Notes under the pieces: generated by a model | The model's input: only the letters and a program-made list of their open reading frames with translations | Databases searched by the model: none | What the model was told of the DNA's origin: nothing | Program-made: the position numbers and the translations under genes | DNA from: Alphaproteobacteria bacterium | Lineage (GTDB): Bacteria; Pseudomonadota; Alphaproteobacteria; UBA2966 | DNA length: 64,000 nucleotides | Reading direction: 5' to 3' | Assembly (NCBI GenBank): GCA_964291395.2 | Contig: OZ219856.1 | Coordinates: forward strand, 1,216,001-1,280,000 | Shown: one piece after another, positions 50,451 to 60,810 of the stretch | Numbering within the stretch: position 1 is the first letter of the stretch | How the letters are laid out: every line of letters begins with the position of its first letter

Positions 50451-51986
50451 TCAGAAGGTGGTGGGCCAGTTGCCCAGCTGATGCTTGGAGATGCCCCCCG
50501 TGCGGTCCCGGTTGTGCACCTCGAGCAGCCGGGCGATCACTTGGCGCGTCTCCCGCGGGTCGATCACGAACTGCGAGGAATAGATGCTGGCGAGGTCGTA
50601 GGCGGAAGACGCTTCCGTGACCTCCTTGAGGTGCTTTGCGAACAGCTCACGATCCTGCTCGTAGGTTACGCCATACACGACATTCACCGCGACGTTCGGG
50701 TCCATGAATCCGATGTCGGCGGAAGGCCAGGCAAGCATCTCGTCGGCGTTCCTGGTGCCCGCCATGTTGAGGTAGGCCTGACCGTAGCTCTTGCGCATGA
50801 CGATCGAGACCTTCGGCACGGTGCAGAGCTGCATCGCCGACATGAAGTTCATGATGCGGCCCGGCGCCTTCTTCACCTCTCCGGCCAGCCCGATGAGGAA
50901 CCCGGGCGTATCCGTCAGAAAGATCAGGGGGACGTTGAAGGAATCGCAGAGTATGAGGAAGCTGGTGACCTTGTCGCAGGCGTCGGGGTCGAGGGCCCCC
51001 GCCTTGAACAAGGGGTTCGAGCACACGTAACCCACCGTCCGGCCGTTGATGCGCGCGAGTGCCGTGGTGGCCGCGCGCGCGAAACGGGGTTTCACCTCGA
51101 ACACGCTGTCTTTGTCGGAGAGCGCCGCGATCACCTTGCGCATGTCGTAGACCTTCTGGCGCTCCGCGGGAACGATATCGAGAATTTTTCGTGCCGTGTC
51201 GTCCGATCCCGCCGGCACGGCCCCCTCCGGCGGTCGTTCGTTGTGGTGGCTGGGCAGATAACTCAGAAACTTTTTGATGAGGTCGAGGGCCTCTTCATCC
51301 GTGTCGGTGGCGTAGTCGACCTTGCCGGTGATCTCGGATTGCATTTTCCAGCCGCCGAGTTCTTCGGGGTCCACCTTTTCCTTGATCGCGATTTCCGTGA
51401 CCTTGGGGCTGGATACGGCCAGCACGCCGCCTTTACGCATCGCGACGAAGTCCGACAGTTGCGTGAACCAACAGGCGGTCCCGTATGCTGGACCCAGCAC
51501 CGCGGCGGCATAGGGCACCTCGCGACGACGGATGAACTGCTCCGGGTCCTGGCCCAGTGCGCCCGTGCCGACGGCGCCCATGGTGTCGGGAATGCGCGCG
51601 CCGGACGACTCGTTCAGCAGCACGAGCGGGATGCCGTTCTTGACCGCGGTCTCGCGCATGTGACGCATCTTCTTGACGTTGGTCAGGCTGCTCGAGGCTC
51701 CTTTGACGGAGAGATCGTGCGAGACCACGGCGGCTTCGCGTCCGTTGATTCGCCCGTAGCCGCAGACCTTGCCGTCGGTCGGGGTCGATGCCTGCGCCTC
51801 GGGAATGAACGAGGTGGCGAAAAGGCCCGATTCGATGAAGGTCCCTTCGTCGAACAGGTAGTCGATGCGTTCGCGCGCGTGCAGGCTGCCGCGGGCCTTG
51901 ACCCTGGCGACGCGTTCGGGGCCGCCCATGGCCAGCGCGTGCTCACGGCGCTTCTCGTAATCATCCAGGATCGCGTCGAACGACAT
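50451..51986 (-). CDS. Acyl-CoA carboxylase carboxyltransferase
   Basis: ARERID, SSGARI, DTPGFLIG, VIDPRETR. Confidence 0.9.
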   Translation of the reverse strand: MSFDAILDDYEKRREHALAMGGPERVARVKARGSLHARERIDYLFDEGTFIESGLFATSFIPEAQASTPTDGKVCGYGRINGREAAVVSHDLSVKGASSSLTNVKKMRHMRETAVKNGIPLVLLNESSGARIPDTMGAVGTGALGQDPEQFIRRREVPYAAAVLGPAYGTACWFTQLSDFVAMRKGGVLAVSSPKVTEIAIKEKVDPEELGGWKMQSEITGKVDYATDTDEEALDLIKKFLSYLPSHHNERPPEGAVPAGSDDTARKILDIVPAERQKVYDMRKVIAALSDKDSVFEVKPRFARAATTALARINGRTVGYVCSNPLFKAGALDPDACDKVTSFLILCDSFNVPLIFLTDTPGFLIGLAGEVKKAPGRIMNFMSAMQLCTVPKVSIVMRKSYGQAYLNMAGTRNADEMLAWPSADIGFMDPNVAVNVVYGVTYEQDRELFAKHLKEVTEASSAYDLASIYSSQFVIDPRETRQVIARLLEVHNRDRTGGISKHQLGNWPTTF

Positions 51987-52228
51987 GATGCCCCTCGGGT
52001 TGTTCCGTGAGTGTCCCGCGCACACGTCCCGGCCGGCCCGCGAAGGCCCGGACGGCGCGGTTCGTATCGTGGGTGCGGCAAATTAGCCCATCGGCCCGTT
52101 TTGTGCCAAGCGCGTCGCCCCCGCGACGGGCGCTTCGTCTCGGCACATCTCGGCACATCCCGGAACTTCTCCATTCCGGTCCGCCCGTCGGCGGCCTCCC
52201 GGTCCGTTTCGGGCCGGGGGCGATGCGG

Positions 52229-53518
52229 TCAGGCAGGGTCGACCCCGCCGGCCAGAAACTCCCGGTCGATTCTCGGTAGCGGCTGGCCCTCGATGGCCGC
52301 TTCGAACGCCTGCAGCCGCTTGTAGATGGAGAGAAGCTCGACGATGGTGGTCCAGGAATTGACCAGATACTGAAACGAACTCTCCACTCGGTTGAACGCA
52401 CGCACGATCTGCTGCATCACGCCCAGAGTGAAACCGGCCGACACGATCGTGGGCCCGAGGGCGATGTAGGGGAGCAACACCCCTACCTGAAGATATCCGT
52501 AGCGCGCCACGTTGAAGTAGAGATAGTTGAGGTACAGCCGAAAGTAGTTGCGCCGGACGTTGGCGAAGAGCTCGCCCAGTCTCGGCGGTTGTGCTCGATC
52601 CTCGCGGTCTTCGCCGATCACGAGTTCCTTGCGGAAGGCGGCTTCGACCCGCTGGTTCCGGAACTCGAGGCCGGGCAGCCGGTAACCGGCGAGAGCAAGG
52701 ATGCCGGTGCCGAAGACGGACCACAAAATAGCGATCCAGACCAGCGCGAAGGCGACCTCTCCGAAGACCGGAATCTCCTTGATGTGGGTCGACAGCCCCC
52801 ACAGTATCGGCAGGAAGGCGATCAGCGTCATCACCGCGTCGATCAGGCGCGTGCCAAGCGATTCCATGATTGCGGCGAAGCGCATCGTGTCTTCCTGGAC
52901 GCGCTGTGAAGCGCCTTCGATATGGCGCACCCTCTTCCAGAGATCGACATACCGGTCATTCATGGCCGTGCGCCAGCGGAAGACGTAGTGGCTGGTGAAG
53001 AAGGCATTGAGCACGGCGGTGGTAATGAACACCATCGCGATGGTGAGGAAGGTGGCGAGCTGCGCGTAGTAGTCTTCGGCCGATACCGCCCCCGGCTGGG
53101 CCAACGCCTTCTGGATGATGTCGTAGAAGCGCCCGAACCACTCGTTGATCATCACGTCGAGCTGCACTTGAAACCAGGTGACGAAGATGATCGCGGCCGA
53201 CCCGTACACCGACCACCTCGCCCATTTGTGCGGCGCGTACCAGTGCCAGAAAAGGACGAACGCCGCGTAGCACAGGATCATGTACTGGTAGAGCCAGAAC
53301 GTTCCGGCGCTCTTCCGGACCTCGGCGAGCGCGGCCCGGGTGTCTTCGTTCGCGTCCGCGGCCAGTTCCTGAGGGAACCCAAGGCCGAACAGGCCGCCCA
53401 GACTCAACGCCTCTCCCGCGCCGCGCGCGGCCAGGAACCAGAGAACGACGCAGGCGATCGACCAAACAGCGAAGGACGAGAAGAAGAGCCTGGGCTTCGG
53501 AAAGAATGACTCGAACAC
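52229..53518 (-). CDS. sbmA: Peptide transporter SbmA/BacA
   Basis: MFESFFPKPRLFF, SHYVFRWRTAMN, IEGASQRVQEDTMRF, QRVEAAFRKELV, ELLSIYKRL. Confidence 0.93.
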   Translation of the reverse strand: MFESFFPKPRLFFSSFAVWSIACVVLWFLAARGAGEALSLGGLFGLGFPQELAADANEDTRAALAEVRKSAGTFWLYQYMILCYAAFVLFWHWYAPHKWARWSVYGSAAIIFVTWFQVQLDVMINEWFGRFYDIIQKALAQPGAVSAEDYYAQLATFLTIAMVFITTAVLNAFFTSHYVFRWRTAMNDRYVDLWKRVRHIEGASQRVQEDTMRFAAIMESLGTRLIDAVMTLIAFLPILWGLSTHIKEIPVFGEVAFALVWIAILWSVFGTGILALAGYRLPGLEFRNQRVEAAFRKELVIGEDREDRAQPPRLGELFANVRRNYFRLYLNYLYFNVARYGYLQVGVLLPYIALGPTIVSAGFTLGVMQQIVRAFNRVESSFQYLVNSWTTIVELLSIYKRLQAFEAAIEGQPLPRIDREFLAGGVDPA

Positions 53519-53798
53519 GGTGGATCCTCCTGGATGCTGGGCGCTTTAAGGAATCTATGGAACGGCGTGCAATTCATCGCACCGGTCATTTCCTAAAATT
53601 GTCTTGCGGTTTGGCATACAATGTCATCGACCGGTTGCCTGGAGTCGCCCGGACCGGTCCGGGACGCGATGTCGCCCACCCACCCGTCGGGCGGATGCTT
53701 GACAGGATGGCTGTGCACCGGTACGCCGAGCCCGAACAACCGTCCGGGAAACGGGCGAATCAGACATATTCGTACGACATCGAGGGGCGATAGAACCC

Positions 53799-55361
53799 AT
53801 GAGCTGGCTACCGGAAGTCGAGGAGATCGGACGTCGCAAGGAGTTCGCCTACAAGCTGGGCGGTGAGGAGGGGGTCGATCGCCAGCACAATCAGGGAAGA
53901 CTCACGATTCGTGAGCGCATCGAGGGGCTCGTCGATCCGGAAAGCTGGCGGGAGATCGGCATCCTGACGGGTACGGCGACCTACGGCGGTGACGGCGAAC
54001 TCCTCGACGTGAAGCCGGCCAATGCGGTTATCGGGACAGGTCGCCTCGATGGCCGCAAGGTCGCGATCGACGGTGACGACTATACCAACCGCGGCGGCTC
54101 TTCCGAGGCCACGGTCTCCGAAAAGTGGATTTACGCCGACCAGTGGGCCCACGAGATGAACATCCCGCTGGTGCGCTTGGTCGAGAGCGCCGGTGGCAGC
54201 GTGCGCCTCGTGGAGAAGATGGGGCACACCAAGATTCCGGGCTATCCGACCTGGCCGATGGGCCAACTGCTCGGAAAGGTTCCCGTGATCGGGCTGGCGC
54301 TTGGCCCTTGCGCCGGATTGGGAGCCTTGAAGGCGGCTTGCGCGCATTTTTCGATCATGGTCAAGGACACCAGCCAAGTCTTTGCCGGGGGCCCGCCCGT
54401 TGCCTTCGAAGCCGGCATGTCGGGAACGCGCGTCGACAAGGACGCGCTCGGCGGCTGGAAGATCCACACCGAGATGAGCGGCGTCATCGACAACGCTGCC
54501 GATAACGAGGCGCACGCCTTTGAGCTCACTCGCCGCTGGCTGTCTTACATGCCGAACAGCGTCTACGAATTGCCGCCGGTCGTCGACTCCGACGATCCGC
54601 CGGACCGCCGCGAGGAGGAGCTGCTCTCGGTCATTCCGCGCGACCGGCGCAAGATCTACAATCCCCGGCGTATCCTCGAGCTCGTGTTCGACAAGGACTC
54701 CGTATTCGAGGTCACGCCGAAGTTCGGGCGCTCCACGGTAACCTGCCTTGCCCGCCTCAATGGTCTGCCGGTCGGTGTGCTGGCGAACGACCCGCGCTTC
54801 TTTGGTGGAGGCATGAACCGGACCGCGGCCGAGAAGTTCGAGACCTTCATCGACATCTGCGACACATTCCATCTGCCGATTATCAATTTCGTCGACCAGC
54901 CCGGCACCGTCGTCGGGGTCGACGCGGAACGCCAGGGAAACGTGCGCAAGGCCGTGCGCGTGCTCACCGCCATCGAACAGACGCAGGTGCCCTGGTGTGC
55001 CGTCGTGGTACGCCGCCTTTTCGGGCTGGCGGGCAACTGCTACGGCCGCATGCAGGGCCTCAACTATCACGTGGCTTGGCCGTCGGCGACCTGGGGTTCG
55101 ATCCCGTTCGAAGGCGGGATCATGGCCGCCTATCGCCGCGAGCTCGACAACCTGCCGGAGGAGGAGCGCAACAAGAGGATGGAAGAGCTCGACACATATT
55201 ACTCGCGTCTGGCCTCGCCGTTCCTCACGGCGGAGCGCTTCCGGGTGCCTGATATCATCGATCCCCGTCAGACTCGCGAAGTTCTCTGGAACTGGCTCGA
55301 GGATGCCTGGAGGACTCTGCCCGAGCAGCTCGGGCCGGTGAAGCGCTCCATGCGCAAGTGA
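53799..55361 (+). CDS. Second acyl-CoA carboxyltransferase (divergent)
   Basis: LTIRERI, QVFAGGPPV, LPIINFVDQPG, DIIDPRQTR. Confidence 0.88.
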   Translation: MSWLPEVEEIGRRKEFAYKLGGEEGVDRQHNQGRLTIRERIEGLVDPESWREIGILTGTATYGGDGELLDVKPANAVIGTGRLDGRKVAIDGDDYTNRGGSSEATVSEKWIYADQWAHEMNIPLVRLVESAGGSVRLVEKMGHTKIPGYPTWPMGQLLGKVPVIGLALGPCAGLGALKAACAHFSIMVKDTSQVFAGGPPVAFEAGMSGTRVDKDALGGWKIHTEMSGVIDNAADNEAHAFELTRRWLSYMPNSVYELPPVVDSDDPPDRREEELLSVIPRDRRKIYNPRRILELVFDKDSVFEVTPKFGRSTVTCLARLNGLPVGVLANDPRFFGGGMNRTAAEKFETFIDICDTFHLPIINFVDQPGTVVGVDAERQGNVRKAVRVLTAIEQTQVPWCAVVVRRLFGLAGNCYGRMQGLNYHVAWPSATWGSIPFEGGIMAAYRRELDNLPEEERNKRMEELDTYYSRLASPFLTAERFRVPDIIDPRQTREVLWNWLEDAWRTLPEQLGPVKRSMRK

Positions 55362-55705
55362 ATGGGTGCGGCTGACCGGACGAATTGATCGGTCAAGTCG
55401 CCAGATGTCCGCGAACACTGCGGATTCCTCGTTACCGCTTGATTGTGGGAGAGTTGGTCGGTAATTTCACGATAACGATATACGTGACTCTGGGAATCTC
55501 GGGGGAACTACAGGGCTAGGCCGGGCTTATCTACAGTTCAAATCTTGGGACGCCAGGTTGTCGGCGGGCGATTTGGACGGGCGCCTTTATCGGTCTAGGT
55601 CAAATGAACGTGGGCATGGTCGCTGGGAGGGCAGGTATGTATGCCGTTCCAAGGGGGTAGTGGGTATGATGCCGCGGCGGCCGGAAACGGAGAACTGGGA
55701 AGCGC

Positions 55706-56995
55706 ATGGCTAGTGTTATTCTCCTGACCCTTTTGGTCATATTCGTGTTGCTGGGCGCGCCGATCGGGTTCGTGCTGGTTCTGATCCCGACAGCGTACAT
55801 CCTCATCACGGGCGAGGTTCCGTGGACGATGATCCCCTACAACATGTACGAGTCGCTGGCGCATCCGCCGTTGATCGCCATTCCTTTCTTCATGCTGACC
55901 GGTGAGCTGATGACCTCGGCCACCATCACCGACCGATTGATCGAACTCAGTCGAGCGCTGGTGGGCCGCGCGCGCGGCGGCTTGGCGCAGGTGAATATCG
56001 TCGTGTCGATGTTTTTCGCCGGCATGAACGGCTCGGTGGTCGCGGATACAGCGACGGTCGGCTCGATCCTCATTCCCGCCATGAAGCGCGCCGGGTACTC
56101 GGCGGCCTTCTCCGCCGCCATCACGTCGGTGAGCGCGACCATCGGCGGCATTATCCCGCCGTCCATCGGCATGATCATCCTGGCGACGGTGGCGTCGCTG
56201 TCGGTGGGCGCTCTGTTTTCGGGCGGCATCATTCCCGGAATCTTGATCGGCTTGGCGCTGATGGTGATCACTTGGTTCATCGCCCGCAGGCGCAACTATG
56301 AACGCAGCGATGAGCCTTGGAACCTGCGGCGGATCTGGCACTCTTTTCTCGGCTGCGCGTTGGCGCTCTCTATTCCACTCGTGCTGGTGGGATCGATCGT
56401 GGGCGGTGTCGCAAGCCCCGTCGAGGCGGGTGCGATCACCGCGATCACGTCTTTCATCCTCGGACTCTTCGTCTATCGCAGCGTAACCGCCGACATTCTC
56501 ATGGGGGCCATCACGCGCGCCTTCAAGACCGCCGCGGCGGTGTTCATTATCATCGCCTCGGCCGGTCCGTTCAGTTGGCTGCTCACGCGGTTGGGAACGC
56601 TGAAGTTCGTCCAGGACTTCATGCTTGGATACACGGATCAGCCTTTCATGTTCGCCGTCATGCTGATCCTGCTCATCTTGCTCGTCGGCATGATCATGGA
56701 CGCCGCCGCCAACATCATCGTTGTCGGTCCGGTGCTCATCCAGGTGAGCGTGGACGCCGGCTTCCCGGAAGTGCAGGCGGCGTTGGTGGTGGTCGTGGGC
56801 TTCCTGATCGGGACGGTGACCCCGCCGATCGGCGTGGCCTACTTCACTGGGTCGTCAATCGCGAGGGCCCGCCTCGAAGTTGTAGCGGTGGAAATGGTGC
56901 CCTACCTCCTCGCCGAGTTCGGCGTGCTCTTCCTCATGATGATCATATCGCCGCTCACGATGTGGCTACCCAAGGTGTTCGGCTTCGTGGAGTGA
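55706..56995 (+). CDS. TRAP transporter large permease (DctM)
   Basis: IAIPFFMLTGELM, GGIIPPSI, GTVTPPIG. Confidence 0.93.
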   Translation: MASVILLTLLVIFVLLGAPIGFVLVLIPTAYILITGEVPWTMIPYNMYESLAHPPLIAIPFFMLTGELMTSATITDRLIELSRALVGRARGGLAQVNIVVSMFFAGMNGSVVADTATVGSILIPAMKRAGYSAAFSAAITSVSATIGGIIPPSIGMIILATVASLSVGALFSGGIIPGILIGLALMVITWFIARRRNYERSDEPWNLRRIWHSFLGCALALSIPLVLVGSIVGGVASPVEAGAITAITSFILGLFVYRSVTADILMGAITRAFKTAAAVFIIIASAGPFSWLLTRLGTLKFVQDFMLGYTDQPFMFAVMLILLILLVGMIMDAAANIIVVGPVLIQVSVDAGFPEVQAALVVVVGFLIGTVTPPIGVAYFTGSSIARARLEVVAVEMVPYLLAEFGVLFLMMIISPLTMWLPKVFGFVE

Positions 56996-57068
56996 ATCAG
57001 GTCCCTCCAGCGGGAGGGACGCCCCACTGACTAGGAACAACGCAGGGTCAAGCAAGGGAAGTCTGGAA

Positions 57069-57659
57069 ATGGTGGCTCTGGCACAAAAGTTCGATACGGG
57101 CCTTAAGGGCCTGCTGAACACGATCTGTTCGATCTTCATCGTGCTCATGGTGTTCTTCACCGTGTGGACGGTCGTCATGCGGTATGTGTTCCTGAACGCC
57201 CCGTTTTGGAGCGATACGCTCACCATGTTCTTCAACGTCTGGATGGTGTTTTTGGCGCTTGCCATCACGGTGCGCGACCGCAACCACATCTCCATGACGA
57301 TGCTCTACGAGATCTTGCCGCCGATCGTCGGATTCTCGTGCGAGTTCCTTTGGACCCTTTTGATTTGCGTGTTCGGAATCTTTATCGCCATCTGGGGTTT
57401 CGACGCCTCGTGGAATGTGCCGGGCAAGTACTGGGAATTCGGCTACATGTCCAAGAAGTGGCCGATGATGATCATGCCGACGGTCGGCGTCCTCATGTTC
57501 ATCATGGCGTTCATCGTCCTGATAGAGGACATCATCCGCTTCAGGAAAGGGGAAATCGAGGTGCACGCCCACGAGCTCGAGGACATCGAGGAGTACCAGC
57601 GCATGGCCGGCGTCGACGCGGCCGACATTGATGTCGAGGAGCGCGCCGACGCGCACTAG
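57069..57659 (+). CDS. TRAP transporter small permease (DctQ)
   Basis: Four hydrophobic segments; VMRYVF...WSD, HISM. Confidence 0.85.
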   Translation: MVALAQKFDTGLKGLLNTICSIFIVLMVFFTVWTVVMRYVFLNAPFWSDTLTMFFNVWMVFLALAITVRDRNHISMTMLYEILPPIVGFSCEFLWTLLICVFGIFIAIWGFDASWNVPGKYWEFGYMSKKWPMMIMPTVGVLMFIMAFIVLIEDIIRFRKGEIEVHAHELEDIEEYQRMAGVDAADIDVEERADAH

Positions 57660-57695
57660 AATTCCGGAACCGGTATACCCTCGGCGGGATCAAGC

Positions 57696-57729
57696 GAGGG
57701 GCGCTGAGTTCGGCGCCCCTCTTTCGTTT
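57696..57729 (+). terminator. Intrinsic terminator after dctQ
   Basis: GAGGGGCGCTGA/TCGGCGCCCCTC stem followed by TTTCGTTT. Confidence 0.75.
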
Positions 57730-57752
57730 CTCGATGGTTGTCGGCGCCGTCG

Positions 57753-59009
57753 CTATCCGCCATAGGTGATGGCCTGCTCCGTTATCTCGATGGTTCCCGA
57801 CTTCGCCTCCTCAACGGAACGGGTCAAATCGGAAAGGTACTGGTCGACGACCGGTACGTGAGTCATCGTCAGCATACCCATGTGAATGGCTCGCGGGTCG
57901 GCCGATCGCGTCACGAACCAGCCCCGGTTCGTCATGGCCTCGGCAACGGCACGGATGTCGCAGTTTTCCGACGTGTACGAAAGGATTGTGAGCGGCGGAT
58001 CCCCGATGATCGTCAGCCCGTCGATGGCAGTGATTCCTGCTTTCAACCGGTCGATCGCATCCAGAAGCTCGCCGGCTATCCGCAGATAGCCGTCCCAGCC
58101 GAGATAACTCAGTACGGCCCAGGCCGCGGCGATGGGTCCTCCCGGGCGCGAACCGGGGATCGTTGGCGAGACGTAGCGGCCGCGGGACCATTCGTCGAAC
58201 TCGAACACCTGATACTTGCGGTGAGCCTGATTCGAGAGCAGGAAGGTCGACGCGCCCTTGGCGGTAAATCCGTACTTGTGCAAGTCGGCGGACATCGACA
58301 TGACGCCGGGCACCGTAAAGTCGAAGGGCGGGACGAGACGGCCGAGCTTCCGGGCAAACGGGGCGATGAACCCGCCGACGCAGGCATCCACATGCAGCCA
58401 CAGGTTCCTGTCTTGAGCCAGTTCGGCGACGTCCGATATGGGATCGATGACGCCGTGGGCGAATTGCGGTGCGGAGGCGACCAGCATGATGGTGCGGTCG
58501 TCGATCGCCTCGGCCATGCGGCCGACGTCGGCGCGGAAGTCATCGCCGATCGGCACGCGTTTCACCTCGATGCCGAGATAGTGCGCCGCTTTGTTGAACG
58601 CCGGGTGCGCGCTGTAAGGCGCGACGACGACGGGTTTGTCCACGTCGGGATGAGTGTCTCGCGCCCAGTCCCGCGCGGTTTTGACCCCCATCAGGATACT
58701 CTCGGTGCCGCCCGAGGTCATGCTGCCCGCCGCATCGTCCCCGCCGTTGAGCAATCCCAATGTCCAGGCGATCACGTCGTTCTCCAGGCGCGCGAGGCTG
58801 GGAAACGCGCTGGCGCCGAGCGCGTTCTCGGAGAAATACATGCGGGAGGCATCCTTGGCGATTTCCAGCACGTCGTCGCCGCCGAAATGGGTGTAGAGAC
58901 CGATGCGACCGCCGCGCCAATCGACGTCCTCGTCCTTCACGGCCTCGAGTTCGGCAAGGATCTCGTCTCGCGCTCGACCCTTGGGCGGGAATCGGTTCGT
59001 CATGGCCAT
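57753..59009 (-). CDS. PLP-dependent group II decarboxylase / sphingosine-1-phosphate-lyase-like enzyme
   Basis: TSGGTESI, SAHPAFNKAA, HVDACVGGF, SADLHKYG, GSRPGG. Confidence 0.85.
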   Translation of the reverse strand: MAMTNRFPPKGRARDEILAELEAVKDEDVDWRGGRIGLYTHFGGDDVLEIAKDASRMYFSENALGASAFPSLARLENDVIAWTLGLLNGGDDAAGSMTSGGTESILMGVKTARDWARDTHPDVDKPVVVAPYSAHPAFNKAAHYLGIEVKRVPIGDDFRADVGRMAEAIDDRTIMLVASAPQFAHGVIDPISDVAELAQDRNLWLHVDACVGGFIAPFARKLGRLVPPFDFTVPGVMSMSADLHKYGFTAKGASTFLLSNQAHRKYQVFEFDEWSRGRYVSPTIPGSRPGGPIAAAWAVLSYLGWDGYLRIAGELLDAIDRLKAGITAIDGLTIIGDPPLTILSYTSENCDIRAVAEAMTNRGWFVTRSADPRAIHMGMLTMTHVPVVDQYLSDLTRSVEEAKSGTIEITEQAITYGG

Positions 59010-59462
59010 ACCTCAGGGTTCGCTTACCGGGCGGGTGTCATCGGCGACATGGCGTCACGGGTGTCCCTATATCCGAACTATGCGATTCGTCACACCCCCA
59101 TGAACGCGTCGAAAGTGTAGTCAATCTGAAGATACTGAATGGTCAAACCGAAGCCTGTACGATTTTGCGGAGCCGGATGACAAGGGCGATTCGAATATCG
59201 GCGCTTCCTTTATTCTGATCGCGGAGAACGCAAGCATTTTAGTCATTTCGATACTAGACGTAGCAGGGTCTACCGTGGATAATCCCGCCCGTTGCGACGG
59301 GCACAAATCTGCTTCCGCACCGGTTGGGCTCGTGTCGGGCTGAGAGCGAAAAAGCAAAACGCCCGCAATCGGCTTGGTCGATCTCTGGGAGGCGCCATTG
59401 ACCAGCGCCCGGTCGCACGAACTAGACTGACTGGCACCAGACCAACTGGGAGGTAAGACAGC

Positions 59463-60497
59463 ATGCTGAGAAAGACTTTGATCGCACTTGCCGGTGCGGC
59501 CGTGTTGGCCGCCAGCGGCAGCGCTATCGCCCAGCAGAAGCTCATCCTCGGCACCGTGCAAGGTCCGCCGACGGGCTTCGGCATCGCGCTTCTCGACCAC
59601 TTCATCCCCCGTGTCGAGAAGTATTCGCAGGGTAAAGCGTTTGTTGAGTTTGATGGTCCTAGCGCCATCTGCGTCGAGCACCAGTGCGTCGAGCAGATGC
59701 AGCAGGATCTGATCCAGATCTCGACGTCCTCGACGGAGAACATCGGTTCGTTCGGTCGCGTCTTCGACGTGATCAACCTGCCGTACTTCTTCCGCGATCT
59801 CGAGTGGGCCGACATGATTCTCAACGAGTGGCTCGCCGAGTGGCTGGACCAACAGTCCCGTGAGCAGATGAACGTCGGCGCGCCGGCCGTCGTGCCCTGC
59901 GGCGGCTTCCGTCAGCTTGCCAATAACGTTCGCCGGGTCGCGAGGCCCGCCGATCTGAAAGGCATCAAGATCCGCGTCACCAAGAGCCCGACGGCTTACG
60001 AGCTGATCAAGGGCTGGGGCGGCATCGCGGTTCCGTACGACTGGGCGCAGCTCTACCAGGGCATGCAGGCGGGCGTGGTGAACGGTTTCTACATCCCCGA
60101 CGGCTGGACGGTTCACGTCAAGCTGAACGAAGTGGCGCCGTACATCACCGAGACCGGCGGCTCCTACACGGGTTGCGGCCTGTGGACGTCGAACGAGCAC
60201 CAGGGCAAGTGGGACGAGGAGGTCTCCTACGCCGTGAATGCGGCTGGCAACGACCTGCAGCAAGGCATGGTCTTTGAGATCGACCGTCAGTGGCTCAAGA
60301 CCGCCACGATCGAGCTCAAGAAGTGCTGCGACGTGTACTACCCGACGGACGAAGAGATGCTCGAGTGGTTCGCGGGCTCGCTCCACGCCTGGGTCGAGGC
60401 CAAGGGAACCTATCCCACCGAGATCGCCGAGCGTGCGCTTAAGCAGCAGGGCATGGTTGAGTTCATCGAAGTGCTCAAGGATGCCGGCGCTCTCTAA
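59463..60497 (+). CDS. TRAP substrate-binding protein (DctP)
   Basis: Signal peptide, NLPYFF, GFRQL, DLKGIKIRV, LYQGMQAGVVNG. Confidence 0.88.
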   Translation: MLRKTLIALAGAAVLAASGSAIAQQKLILGTVQGPPTGFGIALLDHFIPRVEKYSQGKAFVEFDGPSAICVEHQCVEQMQQDLIQISTSSTENIGSFGRVFDVINLPYFFRDLEWADMILNEWLAEWLDQQSREQMNVGAPAVVPCGGFRQLANNVRRVARPADLKGIKIRVTKSPTAYELIKGWGGIAVPYDWAQLYQGMQAGVVNGFYIPDGWTVHVKLNEVAPYITETGGSYTGCGLWTSNEHQGKWDEEVSYAVNAAGNDLQQGMVFEIDRQWLKTATIELKKCCDVYYPTDEEMLEWFAGSLHAWVEAKGTYPTEIAERALKQQGMVEFIEVLKDAGAL

Positions 60498-60523
60498 GTC
60501 TGCGGTTTCAATCTGAAACGCTT

Positions 60524-60553
60524 GGGGCGCGCTTCGGCGCGCCCCTTTTTGTT
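60524..60553 (+). terminator. Intrinsic terminator after dctP
   Basis: GGGGCGCGC-TTCG-GCGCGCCCC-TTTTTGTT. Confidence 0.9.
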
Positions 60554-60810
60554 GGTCTGGTTCCGGATCGCTCCGCCCGCGCCGGGAGGACGGCCGCGGT
60601 CCCGGTGAGGCGACGCGGCAGATCGTTTCCCGTGGGTCGGCCCGTCTCGACCGACTGGCGGTCGATTGGACATAGATACTTGAGAATCATTTTTTCTGTG
60701 TATAATTTATCGATATGCTTGGAATCCATCTGGGGAACCGGGCAAATTAACCATAATGCCCGCAAAGGGCGTGTTACGACGAGGCCTAAGGACACTCGAG
60801 GAGACGTTCC

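Noticed and set aside
52138-52170. 10-bp tandem TCTCGGCACA x2 plus a degenerate third copy
   Set aside because: Too short to interpret; no spacers, so not CRISPR.
59270-59370. TPP-riboswitch-like words (GGATAAT, CTGAGA)
   Set aside because: They are in the wrong order and the CCTGAT/ACCC elements are missing.
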